Notes under the pieces: generated by a model | The model's input: only the letters and a program-made list of their open reading frames with translations | What the model was told of the DNA's origin: nothing | The model's database searches: none | In this document: positions 13,101-24,919 of the stretch, one piece after another | How the letters are laid out: the number at the start of each line of letters is the position of its first letter | Numbering within the stretch: the stretch's first letter is position 1 | Translations under genes and position numbers: made by a program | From: Mustelus asterias | Lineage: Eukaryota | DNA length: 64,000 nucleotides | Assembly (NCBI RefSeq): GCF_964213995.1 | Contig: NC_135801.1 | Coordinates: forward strand, 124,372,001-124,436,000 | Direction of reading: 5' to 3'

Positions 13101-16100
13101 ATACTTACAACTAATCCAGTCTTTAAGAAACAAAACAATGGGAGTGGAGAGAGCATCAAGACAGGCTAAAAAGATGTGTATTGTCTCCAGACAAGACAGC
13201 CAGTGAAACTCTGCAGGTCCACGCAACTGTGGGAGTTACAAATAGTGTGACATAAATTCTGATTCTAGGATCGCATGATAAAGACTCAGGAGGAAAAAAG
13301 CAGAAATATTTATGTGAAATAGTGTGACATAAACCCAATATCCCGGTTGAGGCCGTCCTTGTGTGTGCGGAACCTGGCTATCAGTTTCTGCTCCGCGACT
13401 CTGCGCTGTCGTGTGTCGCGAAGGCCGCCTTGGAGAACGCTTACCCGAATATCAGAGGCCGAATGCCCGTGACCGCTGAAGTGCTCCCCAACAGGAAGAG
13501 AACAGTCTTGCCTGGTGATTGTCGAGCGGTGTTCATTCATCCGTTGTCGCAGCGTCTGCATAGTTTCCCCAATGTACCATGCCTCGGGACATCCTTTCTT
13601 GCAGCGTATCAGGTAGACAACGTTGGCCGAGTTGCAAGAGTATGTACCGTGTACCTGGTGGATGGTGTTCTCACGTGAGATGATGGCATCTGTGTCGATG
13701 ATCCGGCACGTCTTGCAGAGGTTGCTGTGGCAGGGTTGTGTGGTGTCTTGGTCACTGTTCTCCTGAAGGCTGGGTAGTTTGCTGCGGACAATGGTCTGTT
13801 TGAGGTTGTGCGGTTGTTTGAAGGCAAGAAGTGGGGGTGTGGGGATGGCCTTGGCGAGATGTTCGTCTTCATCAATGACATGTTGAAGGCTCCGGAGGAG
13901 ATGCCGTAGCTTCTCCGCTCCGGGGAAGTACTGGACAACGAAGGGTACTCTGTCCACTGTGTCCCGTGTTTGTCTTCTGAGGAGGTCGGTGCGGTTTTTC
14001 GCTGTGGCGCGTTGGAACTGTTGATCAATGAGTCTAGCGCCATATCCTGTTCTTATGAGGGCATCTTTCAGCGTCTGGAGGTGTCTGTTGCGATCCTCCT
14101 CATCCGAGCAGATCCTGTGTATACGGAGGGCTTGTCCGTAGGGGATGGCTTCTTTAACGTGTTTAGGGTGGAAGCTGGAGAAGTGGAGCATCGTGAGGTT
14201 ATCCGTGGGCTTGCGGTACAGTGAGGTGCTGAGGTGACCGTCCTTAATGGAGATGCGCGTGTCCAAGAATGCAACCGATTCCGGAGAGTAGTCTATGGTG
14301 AGCCTGATGGTGGGATGGAACTTGTTGATGTCATCATAGAGTTGTTTCAGTGATTGTTCACCATGAGTCCAAAGGAAGAAAATGTCATCGATGTATCTAG
14401 TGTATAGCACCGGTTGAAGGTCCCGTGCGGTGAAGAAGTCTTGTTCGAACCTGTGCATGAAGATGTTGGCATATTGAGGTGCAAATTTGGTCCCCATGGC
14501 TGTTCCGTGTGTCTGGATGAAGAACTGGTTGTTGAAGGTGAAGATATTGTGGTCCAGGATGAAGCGGATGAGATGTAAAATTGCATCTGGAAACTGGCAG
14601 TTGTTGGCGCTGAGCACTGAGGCCGTTGCAGCAATGCCATCGTCATGGGGGATGCTGGTGTAGAGTGCTGAGACATCCATTGTGACGAGGAGCGCTCCTG
14701 GTTCAACTGCTCCATGTGTGCCGAGTTTCTGTAGGAAGTCCGTCGTGTCGCGACAAAAGCTGGGGGTTCTTTGTACAATGGGTTTCAGGATGCCCTCGAC
14801 ATAGCCGGAGAGGTTCTCGCACAGGGTTACTCGCACTTTGTTACTTATACCAGAGATTGTCCAAAATCCTCTGTCCAACTGTTCAAGAGCCTGCAGATCA
14901 AGACATGGATTCTGCAGTCATCAATGATCTGCCATTTGCCTCAGATATAAACCTTTGCTTGACCTTTTCCTGAAACAAACGTGCCATAATCATCATCAAA
15001 ATATTCTTTAAAAATTACAGAAACATATAGGACTGGATTTGCTGCCCACTGCTGGTTTGAAGGCACTGGTGCATGTAAAATCAAGTGAGTGGCCTGATCA
15101 TCACCTAGTGACCCCCTGTGGCATCGGGCAGCCTGCCCAACAATGAGGCTGTTGAGGCCCAATTAAAGGCTTCACTCACTGCCACTGTCACTGCTTCACC
15201 CTGAGGATGTAACCAGGTTGGGAGAGGTCCATGTTGACCAGCCAGCCCAGCAGCTGCTCACCCTTTTGAACCGCTGCAATCCATGTGGTGCAATTACACC
15301 CACATTGCTGTTAGGAAGGAAATTGAAGGGATGTAACCCAGTGAAGGAATGGTAATAATGTCCCAAGTCAGAACGTTATGTGACTTGTATGTGCTGGCCA
15401 TATCCTTCTAGGTCATGGGTTTGGAAAGTGTTGTTAAAGGAGCCTTGGGATTTCCAGCAGTGCAGCACGTAAATGGTACATACTGCTGCGACTGCATTGC
15501 TGGTGGAGAGACTGAATGTTAAAGTTGCTCAATGAAGTGTCAATCAAGTGGGTTGCTTTGTCCTGGATGTTTCCAAGCTTCTTGAGTGTTGGAACTTCAT
15601 TCATCCAGATAAGTGGAGAGTATTCCATCACTCTCCTGACTTGGGCCTTGTCGATGGTGGACAGCTACTCAATGCAGGATTCCCAGTTCTGACCTGCTCT
15701 TGTAGCCACAGTTTTATGTGGCTCGTCCAGTTCAGTATCCGGGATGTTGATCATGAGGGATTTAGCAATTGTAAAGACATTGATTGTCAAGGGAAGATGG
15801 TCTGATGTCCTCTTATTGGAGATGGTCATTCCCTAACACTTGTATGCTGCAAATGTAACTTGTCACTTATCAATACAAGCCCGGACATTTTCCAGGTCTT
15901 CCTGCGTATGGGCAGAGACTACTTTGGTATCTGAGGAGTTATGAACGCTGCTGAAAATCATGCAATCATCAGCAAACATCCCCATTTCCAACCTGATGAT
16001 GAAAGGAAGATGGTTGTGCCTGAGGAACTAATGCAGCAATGTCCAGGGATTGAGATGATTGATCTTCAACAACTACAACCATCTTCCTTTGTGCGAGGTA

Positions 16101-17788
16101 TGACTCCAATCAGAAGAGAGTTTCCTCCTTGCTTCCTTCTGATATTACTACACTCCATCAAATGCTGCCTTGATGTCAAGAACAGTCACTCTCACTTTGC
16201 CTCGAGTTCAGCTCTTTTGTCCATATTTGGACCAAGGCTGCAATGAGGTCAGAAGCTGAATGGACCTGGTGGAACCCAAACTAAACATCAGTGAGCAGGT
16301 TATTGTGGAGTGAGGGCCACTTGGTAGCACGCGCAACAACTCTTCTAATCACTTTGTTGATAATCAACTGTGAACTGATGGGACGGTAACTGACTGGGTT
16401 GAATTTATCCTGCTTTTTGTGGACGTGCATTACATGTCTTATTTTATTAAATTATTATGGGGGTTAATAGCCAAATAGTCTCTGGAAGAGCCAAGAATTC
16501 TTTGAAGTGATGGTCCTCCCAGCAACATTATCAATTATGAATGCATTAACAGAGCTAATCCTTTTATGAGTCTATGCTCTCAGCCAAGTTTCATTTTGCT
16601 TTGTTGACAAAACTGGGGAAAAGGGAATACTTTGCCCGAATAACAGCTTTATGATGCTATAATAAGTTACTTATCTGTGATTTTTTTTGCCAATAGCACA
16701 ATATTGAGTTGCGCAAGATAAAGATATGTCAAGTGCTTATAGCTTCTGTTACTGGCACTTTTATTGGGTTGCAACAGTAGCAGTGTTAAGAAAGTTATGA
16801 ATGGGTGGTTTATTAGCAGTTCGACACATGCCATTGTTACTGTAATGTTCATTGGTTATGCACAGGATGCATTTTCATGTATTTTCATGAAAGTGCCATG
16901 ACTTGACATGAAGGTTAAGAGGGGCTCTTGGGGGTGGGTGGAAGGCATGAGTTGGAACAGAACTGGCATAGGAGTGAATGGGAATTTGAGGCAATGCAAA
17001 GGGTGAGAGCTGGGAAACCTAATATATAAATATAAACAGCTGGGACAAAATCTCAGAGTACCAAGACAGCCTTTTACATAGTTCACCTCGGCACTCAGCT
17101 ACCCCGTAGCCACCTTTGATCTGTTTCCAGGGCTGGTAGGCCTGGCTCCAAACATCATCCACCTCCATTCCCTCTGCCCCACCATCTGGAGCCAAAATTA
17201 GGTCTGGTGGGGCACTTCTTACCAAGCCAGGTCTGCCGAGTCAGGAAATACCCTGACTTGAGCTACCCACCTCAGTACTGAAAACCTCTCCGATAGGATG
17301 AAATATATTTAGGACAGAGCAAGTACAATTTTTTATTTTTACTCAGAATTTTTGATGTACCACCAGAATTAGTGCTTGTCAACTTTTAAGATAAGGTTAT
17401 GCAGCTTGTTGAAGGAAAGTGAAATAAAGCACGCAGGACAAGGCCAGGCAGTGAAGGACTGAACTGCTGTTCATGTGAATCATTATGGACTGATTGGGTA
17501 GAATGGAATTCTCCATGTAATTCTATGAAATTATGATCACTAAGTATATATGTCATGCTCAGTGCCAAACCCCTACTAAAGTTTGATGGTCATCAAATTT
17601 CATGAACAGTCAAACCAGTTTCTAAAATGCTCAATGTTGAATTAATCAGTTCTGCTGTTTTATATATATATATATAGAATCTTAATACACAAAATAAAAG
17701 CAGAGAAAAGGACCTTACCATCACTATTCTGTGAAAGAAATTCAGGTATGCAGCCCACAAAGCAAACAAGATATAGAACTTTCTTCAT
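1023..17788 (-). CDS. Multi-apple (PAN) domain secreted protein, KLKB1/F11-like, 3'-partial: join(17719-17788,11780-11939,9987-10093,8445-8604,8057-8166,6417-6576,5503-5609,3962-4121,3574-3683,1936-2095,1023-1129); continues beyond left edge
   Basis: 11 exons, all GT-AG, splice into one uninterrupted frame. Apple motifs C..DFPGND..C-x3-C-x5-CQFFTF..CY(L/R)K..VSG(Y/F)SL..C. Each apple is split over two exons (160 + 107/110 bp) as in KLKB1/F11. Directly downstream of CYP4V2 on the same strand. Confidence 0.9.
1936..2095 (-). CDS. Apple A3, first half
   Basis: Third copy; inside ORF 1932..2120. Confidence 0.92.
2988..3412 (+). mobile_element. Rex1/Babar-like 3'-end fragment (duplicated with the unit at about 7471-7896)
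   Basis: Homologous to 47140-47556, same (AATCA)n tail. Confidence 0.8.
3574..3683 (-). CDS. Apple B2, second half
   Basis: Copy of 8057-8166 (TPPR instead of TPSR), splice sites intact. Confidence 0.9.
3962..4121 (-). CDS. Apple B2, first half
   Basis: Copy of 8445-8604; inside ORF 3958..4254. Confidence 0.92.
4781..5142 (-). mobile_element. tRNA-derived HE1/V-SINE-type SINE
   Basis: A/B-box head GGCACAGTGGTTAGC..GGTTCGATTCC, V-core GTGGGTTTCCTCCGGGTGCTCCGGTTTCCTCCCACAGTCCAAAGA, CR1-like tail. Confidence 0.9.
5503..5609 (-). CDS. Apple A2, second half
   Basis: Copy of 9987-10093 (KNNL instead of KNDL), splice sites intact. Confidence 0.92.
6417..6576 (-). CDS. Apple A2, first half (GCVCGL...IELVLAPD...)
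   Basis: Near-identical copy of 11780-11939; inside ORF 6413..6601. Confidence 0.92.
8057..8166 (-). CDS. Apple B1, second half: HYICYRKKSERGTPSRINILQNVVSGFSLRECGHNNS
   Basis: 110 bp, ttctag acceptor, G|GTAAAT donor, VSGFSL..C motif. Confidence 0.9.
8445..8604 (-). CDS. Apple B1, first half: SCFKSIYDGLDFPGNDFHQSVVEDEHSCQRKCTEEPDCQFFTFVKGEYHNQKQ
   Basis: 160 bp, ttttag acceptor, GTGAGT donor; inside ORF 8441..8737. Confidence 0.92.
9264..9626 (-). mobile_element. HE1/V-SINE-type SINE at the equivalent site in the neighbouring repeat unit
   Basis: Same insertion point as 4781-5142. Confidence 0.9.
9987..10093 (-). CDS. Apple A1, second half: RFYCYLKMTASGEPTVKNDLPNVVSGYSLKGCRTQS
   Basis: 107 bp, tttcag acceptor, GTAAGT donor, CYLK and VSGYSL..C motifs. 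Confidence 0.92.
10843..11718 (-). mobile_element. CR1 LINE 3' fragment present only in the first repeat unit
   Basis: ORFs ..LVRPHLEYCVQFWSP..LERVQR..; (GTTCTTT)n tail; empty site GGACTAAACCTG in the other two units. Confidence 0.92.
11780..11939 (-). CDS. Apple A1, first half: GCVCDLVSNIDFPGNDIESVLAPDANYCQKVCTEKSQCQFFTFLTRDWNTDNR
   Basis: 160 bp, ttgcag acceptor, AG|GTAAAT donor, apple Cys pattern. Confidence 0.92.
12031..12333 (-). mobile_element. V-SINE variant with a different tail
   Basis: tRNA-like head and V-core; tail shared with the fragment at about 52650-52800. Confidence 0.8.
12932..14836 (-). mobile_element. Penelope-like retroelement, 5'-truncated, in intron 1 of the apple gene
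   Basis: ORF 13310..14878 identical to the other copies from TLCENLSG onward; 13-bp TSD TTTGTTACTTATA at 12919-12931 and 14837-14849. Confidence 0.95.
15265..16430 (-). mobile_element. Old LINE (CR1/L2-like) fragment
   Basis: MEYSPLIWM..TLKKLGNIQDKA..LI; heavily decayed. Confidence 0.7.
17719..17788 (-). CDS. Apple gene first coding exon (signal peptide) MKKVLYLVCFVGCIPEFLSQNSD-G
   Basis: ATG in AGGATGA context, basic N-terminus plus short hydrophobic core, ends G|GTAAGG (phase 1), in frame with the next exon. Below the ORF-track length cutoff. Confidence 0.75.
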
Positions 17789-18175
17789 CCTTTAGCTGAT
17801 CAATGCTTTTGTTCAATTACTGTGGAAATAAATGTTCTGTGAATTGCAGGATTTATTCAGAATGAGTTAAGATTTTATTACTTGTCACCTAATATTATTC
17901 AAATATACCTCCATGTTACTGTCTTCAAAAATGCATCAACACATTTGCACTTGGGTATTCACTCTGCACAAAGCTACCAATAAAAATTCGCATTAAACGG
18001 AACATGCATCAATTATTTATTATCTGACACAATACGAGGTAACTGAAAAACTGTGATGTAACATACACAGAAGCACAAAAGCTTGTATCCATTGGCATTC
18101 TTAAAGGTCGAATCCACTTTTAAACCAGCATAAAAGACAATCGAAACTAGAGTATAAGTATTTATGGGTATAACT

Positions 18176-18506
18176 TGTGGTGAACCATCGTTGGTTCCCA
18201 CCAGGTAGTACTGAGCCAGGGTCTGGCCAGTACTATGAGTCTGTATATATGTTGCTGTTGGGGTTAGGGTTGGGTTGTTCTACTTGTTACTGTTGGGGTT
18301 AGGGTTGGGCTGTTCTACCTGTATTATAGTTATTATGGTACATCCCAGTCGGGCTCCGCCTCCTGGGAGAGGTATAAAGATCACTGCTCTGTCTGGGACC
18401 CCTCAGTCTGGGATCGTGTACTATATATGGTAGCTCCATTGTAATAGTAAATAAAAGCCTTTATTTCCTTGAGCATCTCTAGCCTCGTGAGTTATATCGC
18501 GCATCA
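18176..18506 (+). mobile_element. Solo LTR (331 bp)
   Basis: TG...CA ends, 5-bp TSD TAACT (18171-18175 and 18507-18511), TATAAA at 18373, AATAAA at 18450, 35-bp direct repeat in the U3-like part. Confidence 0.85.
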
Positions 18507-18533
18507 TAACTCACAAATTAAACTCTACAATCT

Positions 18534-19737
18534 TAGAACATAGAACATAGAACAGTACAGCAAAGAACAGGCCCTTCGGCCCACGGTGTTGTGCCGAGCT
18601 TTATCTGAAACCAAGATCAAGCTATCCCACTCCCTATCATCCTGGTGTGCTCCATGTGCCTATCCAATAACCGCTTAAATGTTCCTAAAGTGTCTGACTC
18701 CACTATCACTGCAGGCAGTTCATTCCACACCCCAACCACTCTCTGCGTAAAGAACCTACCTCTAATATCCTTCCTATATCTCCCACCATGAACCCTATAG
18801 TTATGCCCCCTTGTAATAGCTCCATCCACCCGAGGAAATAGTCTTTGAACGTTCACTCTATCTATCCCCTTCATCATTTTATAAACCTCTATTAAGTCTC
18901 CCCTCAGCCTCCTCCGCTCCAGACAGAACAGCCCTAGCTCCCTCAACCTTTCCTCATAAGACCTACCCTCCAAACCAGGCAGCATCCTGGTAAATCTCCT
19001 CTGCACTCTTTCCAGTGCTTCCACATCCTTCTTATAGTGAGGTGACTAGAACTGCACACAATATTCCAAATGTGGTCTCACCCAAGGTCCTGTACAGTTG
19101 CAGCATAACCCCACGGCTCTTGAACTCCAACCCCCTGTTAATAAAAGCCAGCACACTATAGGCCTTCTTCACAGCTCTATCCACTTGAGTGGCAACCTTT
19201 AGAGATCTGTGGATATGGACCCCAAGATCTCTCTGTTCCTCCACAGTCTTCAGAACCCTATCTTTGACCCTGTAATCCACATTTAAATTGTCCTACCAAA
19301 ACGAATCACCTCACATTTATCAGGGTTAAACTCCATTTGCCATTTTTCAGCCCAGCTTTGCATCCTATCTATGTCTCTTTGCAGCCTACAACAGCCCTCC
19401 ACCTCATCCACTACTCCACCAATCTTGGTGTCATCAGCAAATTTACTGATCTACCCTTCAGCCCCCTCCTCTAAGTCATTAATAAAAATCACAAAGAGCA
19501 GAGGATCAAGCACTGATCCCTGTGGCACTCTGCTCGCAACCTGCCTCCAATCCGAAAATTTTCCATCCACCACCACCCTCTGTCTTCGATCAGATAGCCA
19601 GTTACCTATCCAATCGGCCAACTTTCCCTCTATCCCACACCTCCTTACTTTCATCATAAGCCGACCATGGGGGACCTTATCAAACGCCTTACTAAAATCC
19701 ATGTATATGACATCAACTGCCCTACCTTCATCAACAC
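18534..19737 (-). mobile_element. CR1 LINE, 3' part
   Basis: [29 protein letters not shown]; (TTCTATG)n tail; frameshift and stop present. Confidence 0.92.
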
Positions 19738-21964
19738 ACTAATGTTAATACAATCAATTCAGTGCAGATTGCACCGATACCTGGGCAGAATACATGCAGG
19801 AACCCCACGCCAGGCTAACTTTGGACCAGGGCTGCATGCTACATTGATCCAAAATAAGATTGTTGGAAATTCCTGTAAATATTGCATTAAGAATTGTGTA
19901 CTAACTATACCAACATGCCATTACAAAAAATGTAATTACCTGATTTTGGCTCATGCCAGGTCTTCATCAGATTCTAGTAAAGGAATTATTTTCTCCAGCA
20001 ATGTTTCCAGGATGCATTTATACAGTGGATAAACTTTGTGATCTGGCAAATAGACCCATTGTGCAAAATGCTTATCTTTGACCCAGGCAGTGGGATGCAT
20101 GGAACAGTATTAAACTTTAACTAGCACTTATGATGAAATATTTACAATTACCAAAGGCCTGAATGTTTGAAACTAATTTCGCTTCACAGGTTCCTGAAAA
20201 GTGAAGGTTTGAAATGCAGAGGAATTCAATCGAATTTACTCGATTTCTGTTTGCAAGGTGGTGGAACATTCAAATCAGCTGCAGCTCGAGAGGCACTGCT
20301 GAAAAATGCACTCAGTGTCAAGTGACAGCAGGAGTAGGCCGCGATGCCCACTGCAGTTGAGTGAACTGATGCCACTCTCAGTCCATGAATGATGGTCATT
20401 TAGAAAATGAGTGAAGAAAAGCAATTTGACAAAATCCTATCCCAGCATGAGCCAATGTCTTTAGAGGAGGAGGGGGAAGATATTCAGGGCTAAAATTTAA
20501 AACTGAACAAATCAATCGTGGGTACAAATGAGATAATAATGAAGAGCTCAGGCTGCTATAAATCACACAAAAGATGGCTATAATATCTTGAGCCTAAAAT
20601 TTGACCAATTTATCTGCTTTTTGCCATAAATAACCTCAGTCTTAAGCTGTGATTGGGATTTAGTCAACTTGGAATCAGAGAATCTTACAACACAGAATGA
20701 GTCCTATTGGACGACCTTGTCTGGCCAATTCTTTGAAAGAGCTTTTCAATTAGCCTTACTCCATTGCTCTTTACCCCATAGTCCTTAATTTGTTTTCTCA
20801 TATATCCAATTCAGCTTTGCAAGTTACTGTTTAGTCGGTTTCATTACCTTTTAGGTTGTGCATTCTACTAGTGCATTCAGTAATGTGTTAAAAAATATTG
20901 CCACTTCTTTGATTTCTTTGCCAATAAGCTCAAGTCTGCATCATGTGATTACCAACCCTCCTGTCACTGGAACAGATTTCTCCTTATTCTATTAAAATTC
21001 ATCAGAATTGTTAAAGCCTCTGTAAAATCTCATCTTAAATTTCCCTGCTCTAAAAGACAGCAACACAGATTTCTCTAATCCCTCTACATAACTGACATCT
21101 AAAAGGAATCATTCTGCTAAATTTCTTCAGCACCTAGACCTGGATATTCTTCGTAAAATGTTGTGGTCAGAATTGGACACAAGACCAGGTCAGTGATTTA
21201 TAGAGGTTTAGCTAAACTGTCTTGCTTCTATGTATTCAATGGGGGGAATCTTGCCAAAAAATGGCAGTGTCTCCAGTGGGAAAACTAGCATGGTTTTCTC
21301 CAGTTTCACATTGTCCGGGGGGGGGGGGGGCGGGCACTGAACACACCAGCAAAACCCAGCTGCAGTGGGATTGGGGCACCATCTTTAAGGGCCATCCCAA
21401 TAACAACAGGAATAAACTCCTCCCCAAGCCCACCATGGAGTTAAAGAAAAAAGAACAGTACAGCACAGGAAACAGGCCCTTCGGCCCTCCAAGCCTGTGC
21501 CACTCCTTGGTCCAACTCGACCAATCATTTGTATCCTTCCATTCCCAGGCTGCTCATGTGACTATCCAGGTAAGTCTTAAACGATGTCAGCGTGTCTGCC
21601 TCCACCACCCTACTTGGCAGCGCATTCCAGGCCCCCACCACCCTCTGGGTAAAAAACATCCCTCTAATATCTGAGTTATACTTTGCCCCTCTCGCCTTGA
21701 GCCCATGACCCCGCGTGATCGTCACTTCTGATCTGGGAAAAAGCTTCCCACCGTTCACCCTATCTATCCCCTTCATAATCTTGTACACCTCTATTAGATC
21801 TCCCCTCATTCTCCGTCTTTCCAGGGAGAACAAGCCCAGTTTACCCAATCTCTCCTCATAGCTAAGACCCTCCATACCAGGCAACATCCTGGTAAACATT
21901 CTCTGCACTCTCTCCAATGCCTCCACATCCTTCTGGTAGTGCGGCGACCAGAACTGGACACAAA

Positions 21965-22093
21965 AACTGTGCCCTGTTTGAGAGCAGATTTCCATTCCAT
22001 CTGACGAAGGAGCAGTGCTCCGAAAGCTAGTGGTGTTTGCTACCAAATAAACCTGTTGGACTTTAACCTGGTGTTGTTAGACTCCTTACTGTG
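21965..22093 (+). mobile_element. Short Penelope 3'-end fragment embedded in a CR1
   Basis: Ends ...CTACCAAATAAACCTGTTGGACTTTAACCTGGTGTTGTTAGACTCCTTACTGTG like the other PLE ends; contains hammerhead core. Confidence 0.8.
21997..22033 (+). ncRNA. Hammerhead ribozyme motif (variant)
   Basis: CCAU-CUGACGA-A-[GGAGC agu GCUCC]-GAAA-GC-UA-GUGG. Confidence 0.7.
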
Positions 22094-22509
22094 AACACCA
22101 TTGGTCACAGACCTCCAGCCGGAAAAAGACCCTTCGACCGCTACCCTCTGTCTCCTGTGGCCAAGCTAGTTCTCCACCCATCTAGCCACTTCTCCTTGTA
22201 TCCCATGAGCCTTAACCTTCTTAACCAACCTGCCATGTGGGACTTTGTCAAATGCCTTACTGAAATCCATATAGATGACATCCACGGCCCTTCCTTCGTC
22301 AACCGTTTTTGTCACTTCCTCAAAAAACTCCACCAAATTTGTAAGGCACGACCTCCCTCTTACAAAACCATGCTGCCTGTCACTTATGAGATTGTTCCGT
22401 TCTAAATGCACATACATCCTGTCTCCAAGAATCCTCTCCAACAACTTCCCTACCACGGACATCAAGCTCACCGGCCTATAATTTCCCGGGTTATCCCTGC
22501 TACCCTTCT

Positions 22510-24919
22510 TAAACACAGTAAGAAGTTTAACAACACCAGGTTAAAGTCCAACAGGTTTATTTGGTAGCAAAAGCCACACAAGCTTTCGAGGCTCTGAGCC
22601 CCTTCTTCAGGTGAGTGGGAATTCTGTTCACAAACAGAACTTATAAGACACAGACTCAATTTACATGAATAATGGTTGGAATGCGAATACTTACAACTAA
22701 TCCAGTCTTTAAGAAACAAAACAATGGGAGTGGAGAGAGCATCAAGACAGGCTAAAAAGATGTGTATTGTCTCCAGACAAGACAGCCAGTGAAACTCTGC
22801 AGGTCCACGCAACTGTGGGAGTTACAAATAGTGTGACATAAATTCTGATTCTAGGATCGCATGATAAAGACTCAGGAGGAAAAAAGCAGAAATATTTATG
22901 TGAAATAGTGTGACATAAACCCAATATCCCGGTTGAGGCCGTCCTTGTGTGTGCGGAACCTGGCTATCAGTTTCTGCTCCGCGACTCTGCGCTGTCGTGT
23001 GTCGCGAAGGCCGCCTTGGAGAACGCTTACCCGAATATCAGAGGCCGAATGCCCGTGACCGCTGAAGTGCTCCCCAACAGGAAGAGAACAGTCTTGCCTG
23101 GTGATTGTCGAGCGGTGTTCATTCATCCGTTGTCGCAGCGTCTGCATAGTTTCCCCAATGTACCATGCCTCGGGACATCCTTTCTTGCAGCGTATCAGGT
23201 AGACAACGTTGGCCGAGTTGCAAGAGTATGTACCGTGTACCTGGTGGATGGTGTTCTCACGTGAGATGATGGCATCTGTGTCGATGATCCGGCACGTCTT
23301 GCAGAGGTTGCTGTGGCAGGGTTGTGTGGTGTCTTGGTCACTGTTCTCCTGAAGGCTGGGTAGTTTGCTGCGGACAATGGTCTGTTTGAGGTTGTGCGGT
23401 TGTTTGAAGGCAAGAAGTGGGGGTGTGGGGATGGCCTTGGCGAGATGTTCGTCTTCATCAATGACATGTTGAAGGCTCCGGAGGAGATGCCGTAGCTTCT
23501 CCGCTCCGGGGAAGTACTGGACAACGAAGGGTACTCTGTCCACTGTGTCCCGTGTTTGTCTTCTGAGGAGGTCGGTGCGGTTTTTCGCTGTGGCGCGTTG
23601 GAACTGTTGATCAATGAGTCTAGCGCCATATCCTGTTCTTATGAGGGCATCTTTCAGCGTCTGGAGGTGTCTGTTGCGATCCTCCTCATCCGAGCAGATC
23701 CTGTGTATACGGAGGGCTTGTCCGTAGGGGATGGCTTCTTTAACGTGTTTAGGGTGGAAGCTGGAGAAGTGGAGCATCGTGAGGTTATCCGTGGGCTTGC
23801 GGTACAGTGAGGTGCTGAGGTGACCGTCCTTAATGGAGATGCGCGTGTCCAAGAATGCAACCGATTCCGGAGAGTAGTCTATGGTGAGCCTGATGGTGGG
23901 ATGGAACTTGTTGATGTCATCATAGAGTTGTTTCAGTGATTGTTCACCATGAGTCCAAAGGAAGAAAATGTCATCGATGTATCTAGTGTATAGCACCGGT
24001 TGAAGGTCCCGTGCGGTGAAGAAGTCTTGTTCGAACCTGTGCATGAAGATGTTGGCATATTGAGGTGCAAATTTGGTCCCCATGGCTGTTCCGTGTGTCT
24101 GGATGAAGAACTGGTTGTTGAAGGTGAAGATATTGTGGTCCAGGATGAAGCGGATGAGATGTAAAATTGCATCTGGAAACTGGCAGTTGTTGGCGCTGAG
24201 CACTGAGGCCGTTGCAGCAATGCCATCGTCATGGGGGATGCTGGTGTAGAGTGCTGAGACATCCATTGTGACGAGGAGCGCTCCTGGTTCAACTGCTCCA
24301 TGTGTGCCGAGTTTCTGTAGGAAGTCCGTCGTGTCGCGACAAAAGCTGGGGGTTCTTTGTACAATGGGTTTCAGGATGCCCTCGACATAGCCGGAGAGGT
24401 TCTCGCACAGGGTCCCATTGCCCGATACGATGGGACGGCCGGGTGTGTTTGCCTTGTGTATCTTCGGGAGGCAGTAGAGATCTCCAACGCGGGGAGTACG
24501 TGGGATGAGAGCACGGAGGGTGTTCTGAAGGTCCGGATCAAAGGTCTTGATCAGAGTGTTGAGTTGACGGGTGTGTTCTTTGGTCGGATCTGCAGGTAAC
24601 TGTCTGTAGTGTTCCTCGTTGTTGAGTTGTCGGTACACTTCTTTGCAGTAATCCGTTCTGTTCAGTATGACGATGGCCCCTCCTTTGTCTGCTGGTTTGA
24701 TGACAATGTTGCGGTTGGTCTTGAGAGCGTGGATGGCGTTACGTTGTGCTTGGGTGATGTTCGGGGCTGTCTTGTGAGTGCGGCTGATGAATTTGGTGTT
24801 GACGCACCTCCTGACGGCTTGGGCATACATGTCAAGTCGAGGGCAGCGGCCTTCCGGAGGAGTCCAATTCGACTCTTTCCTCTTCGGATGCACTGCGGAT
24901 CTCTCTGTCGGCTGTTCCA
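22510..24919 (-). mobile_element. Penelope-like retroelement (RT + GIY-YIG), 5'-truncated; left arm of palindrome
   Basis: ORF 22896..24893 with IKPADKGG, PGRPIVS, MDVSALYTSIP, GTAMG, RYIDD and C-terminal VVYLIRC..WYIGET..R (GIY-YIG). Confidence 0.95.

Larger units (their letters stand above)
21445..22515 (-). mobile_element. CR1 LINE, host of two Penelope insertions; continues at 27563-27680
   Basis: NYRPVSL, QHGF..GRSCLTNL, DFSKAFD; 3' end nearly identical to the copy at 10843-11718. Confidence 0.9.

Noticed and set aside
18250-18320. TTAGGG motifs as an interstitial telomere
   Set aside because: Only two isolated hexamers, inside the 35-bp direct repeat of the LTR.
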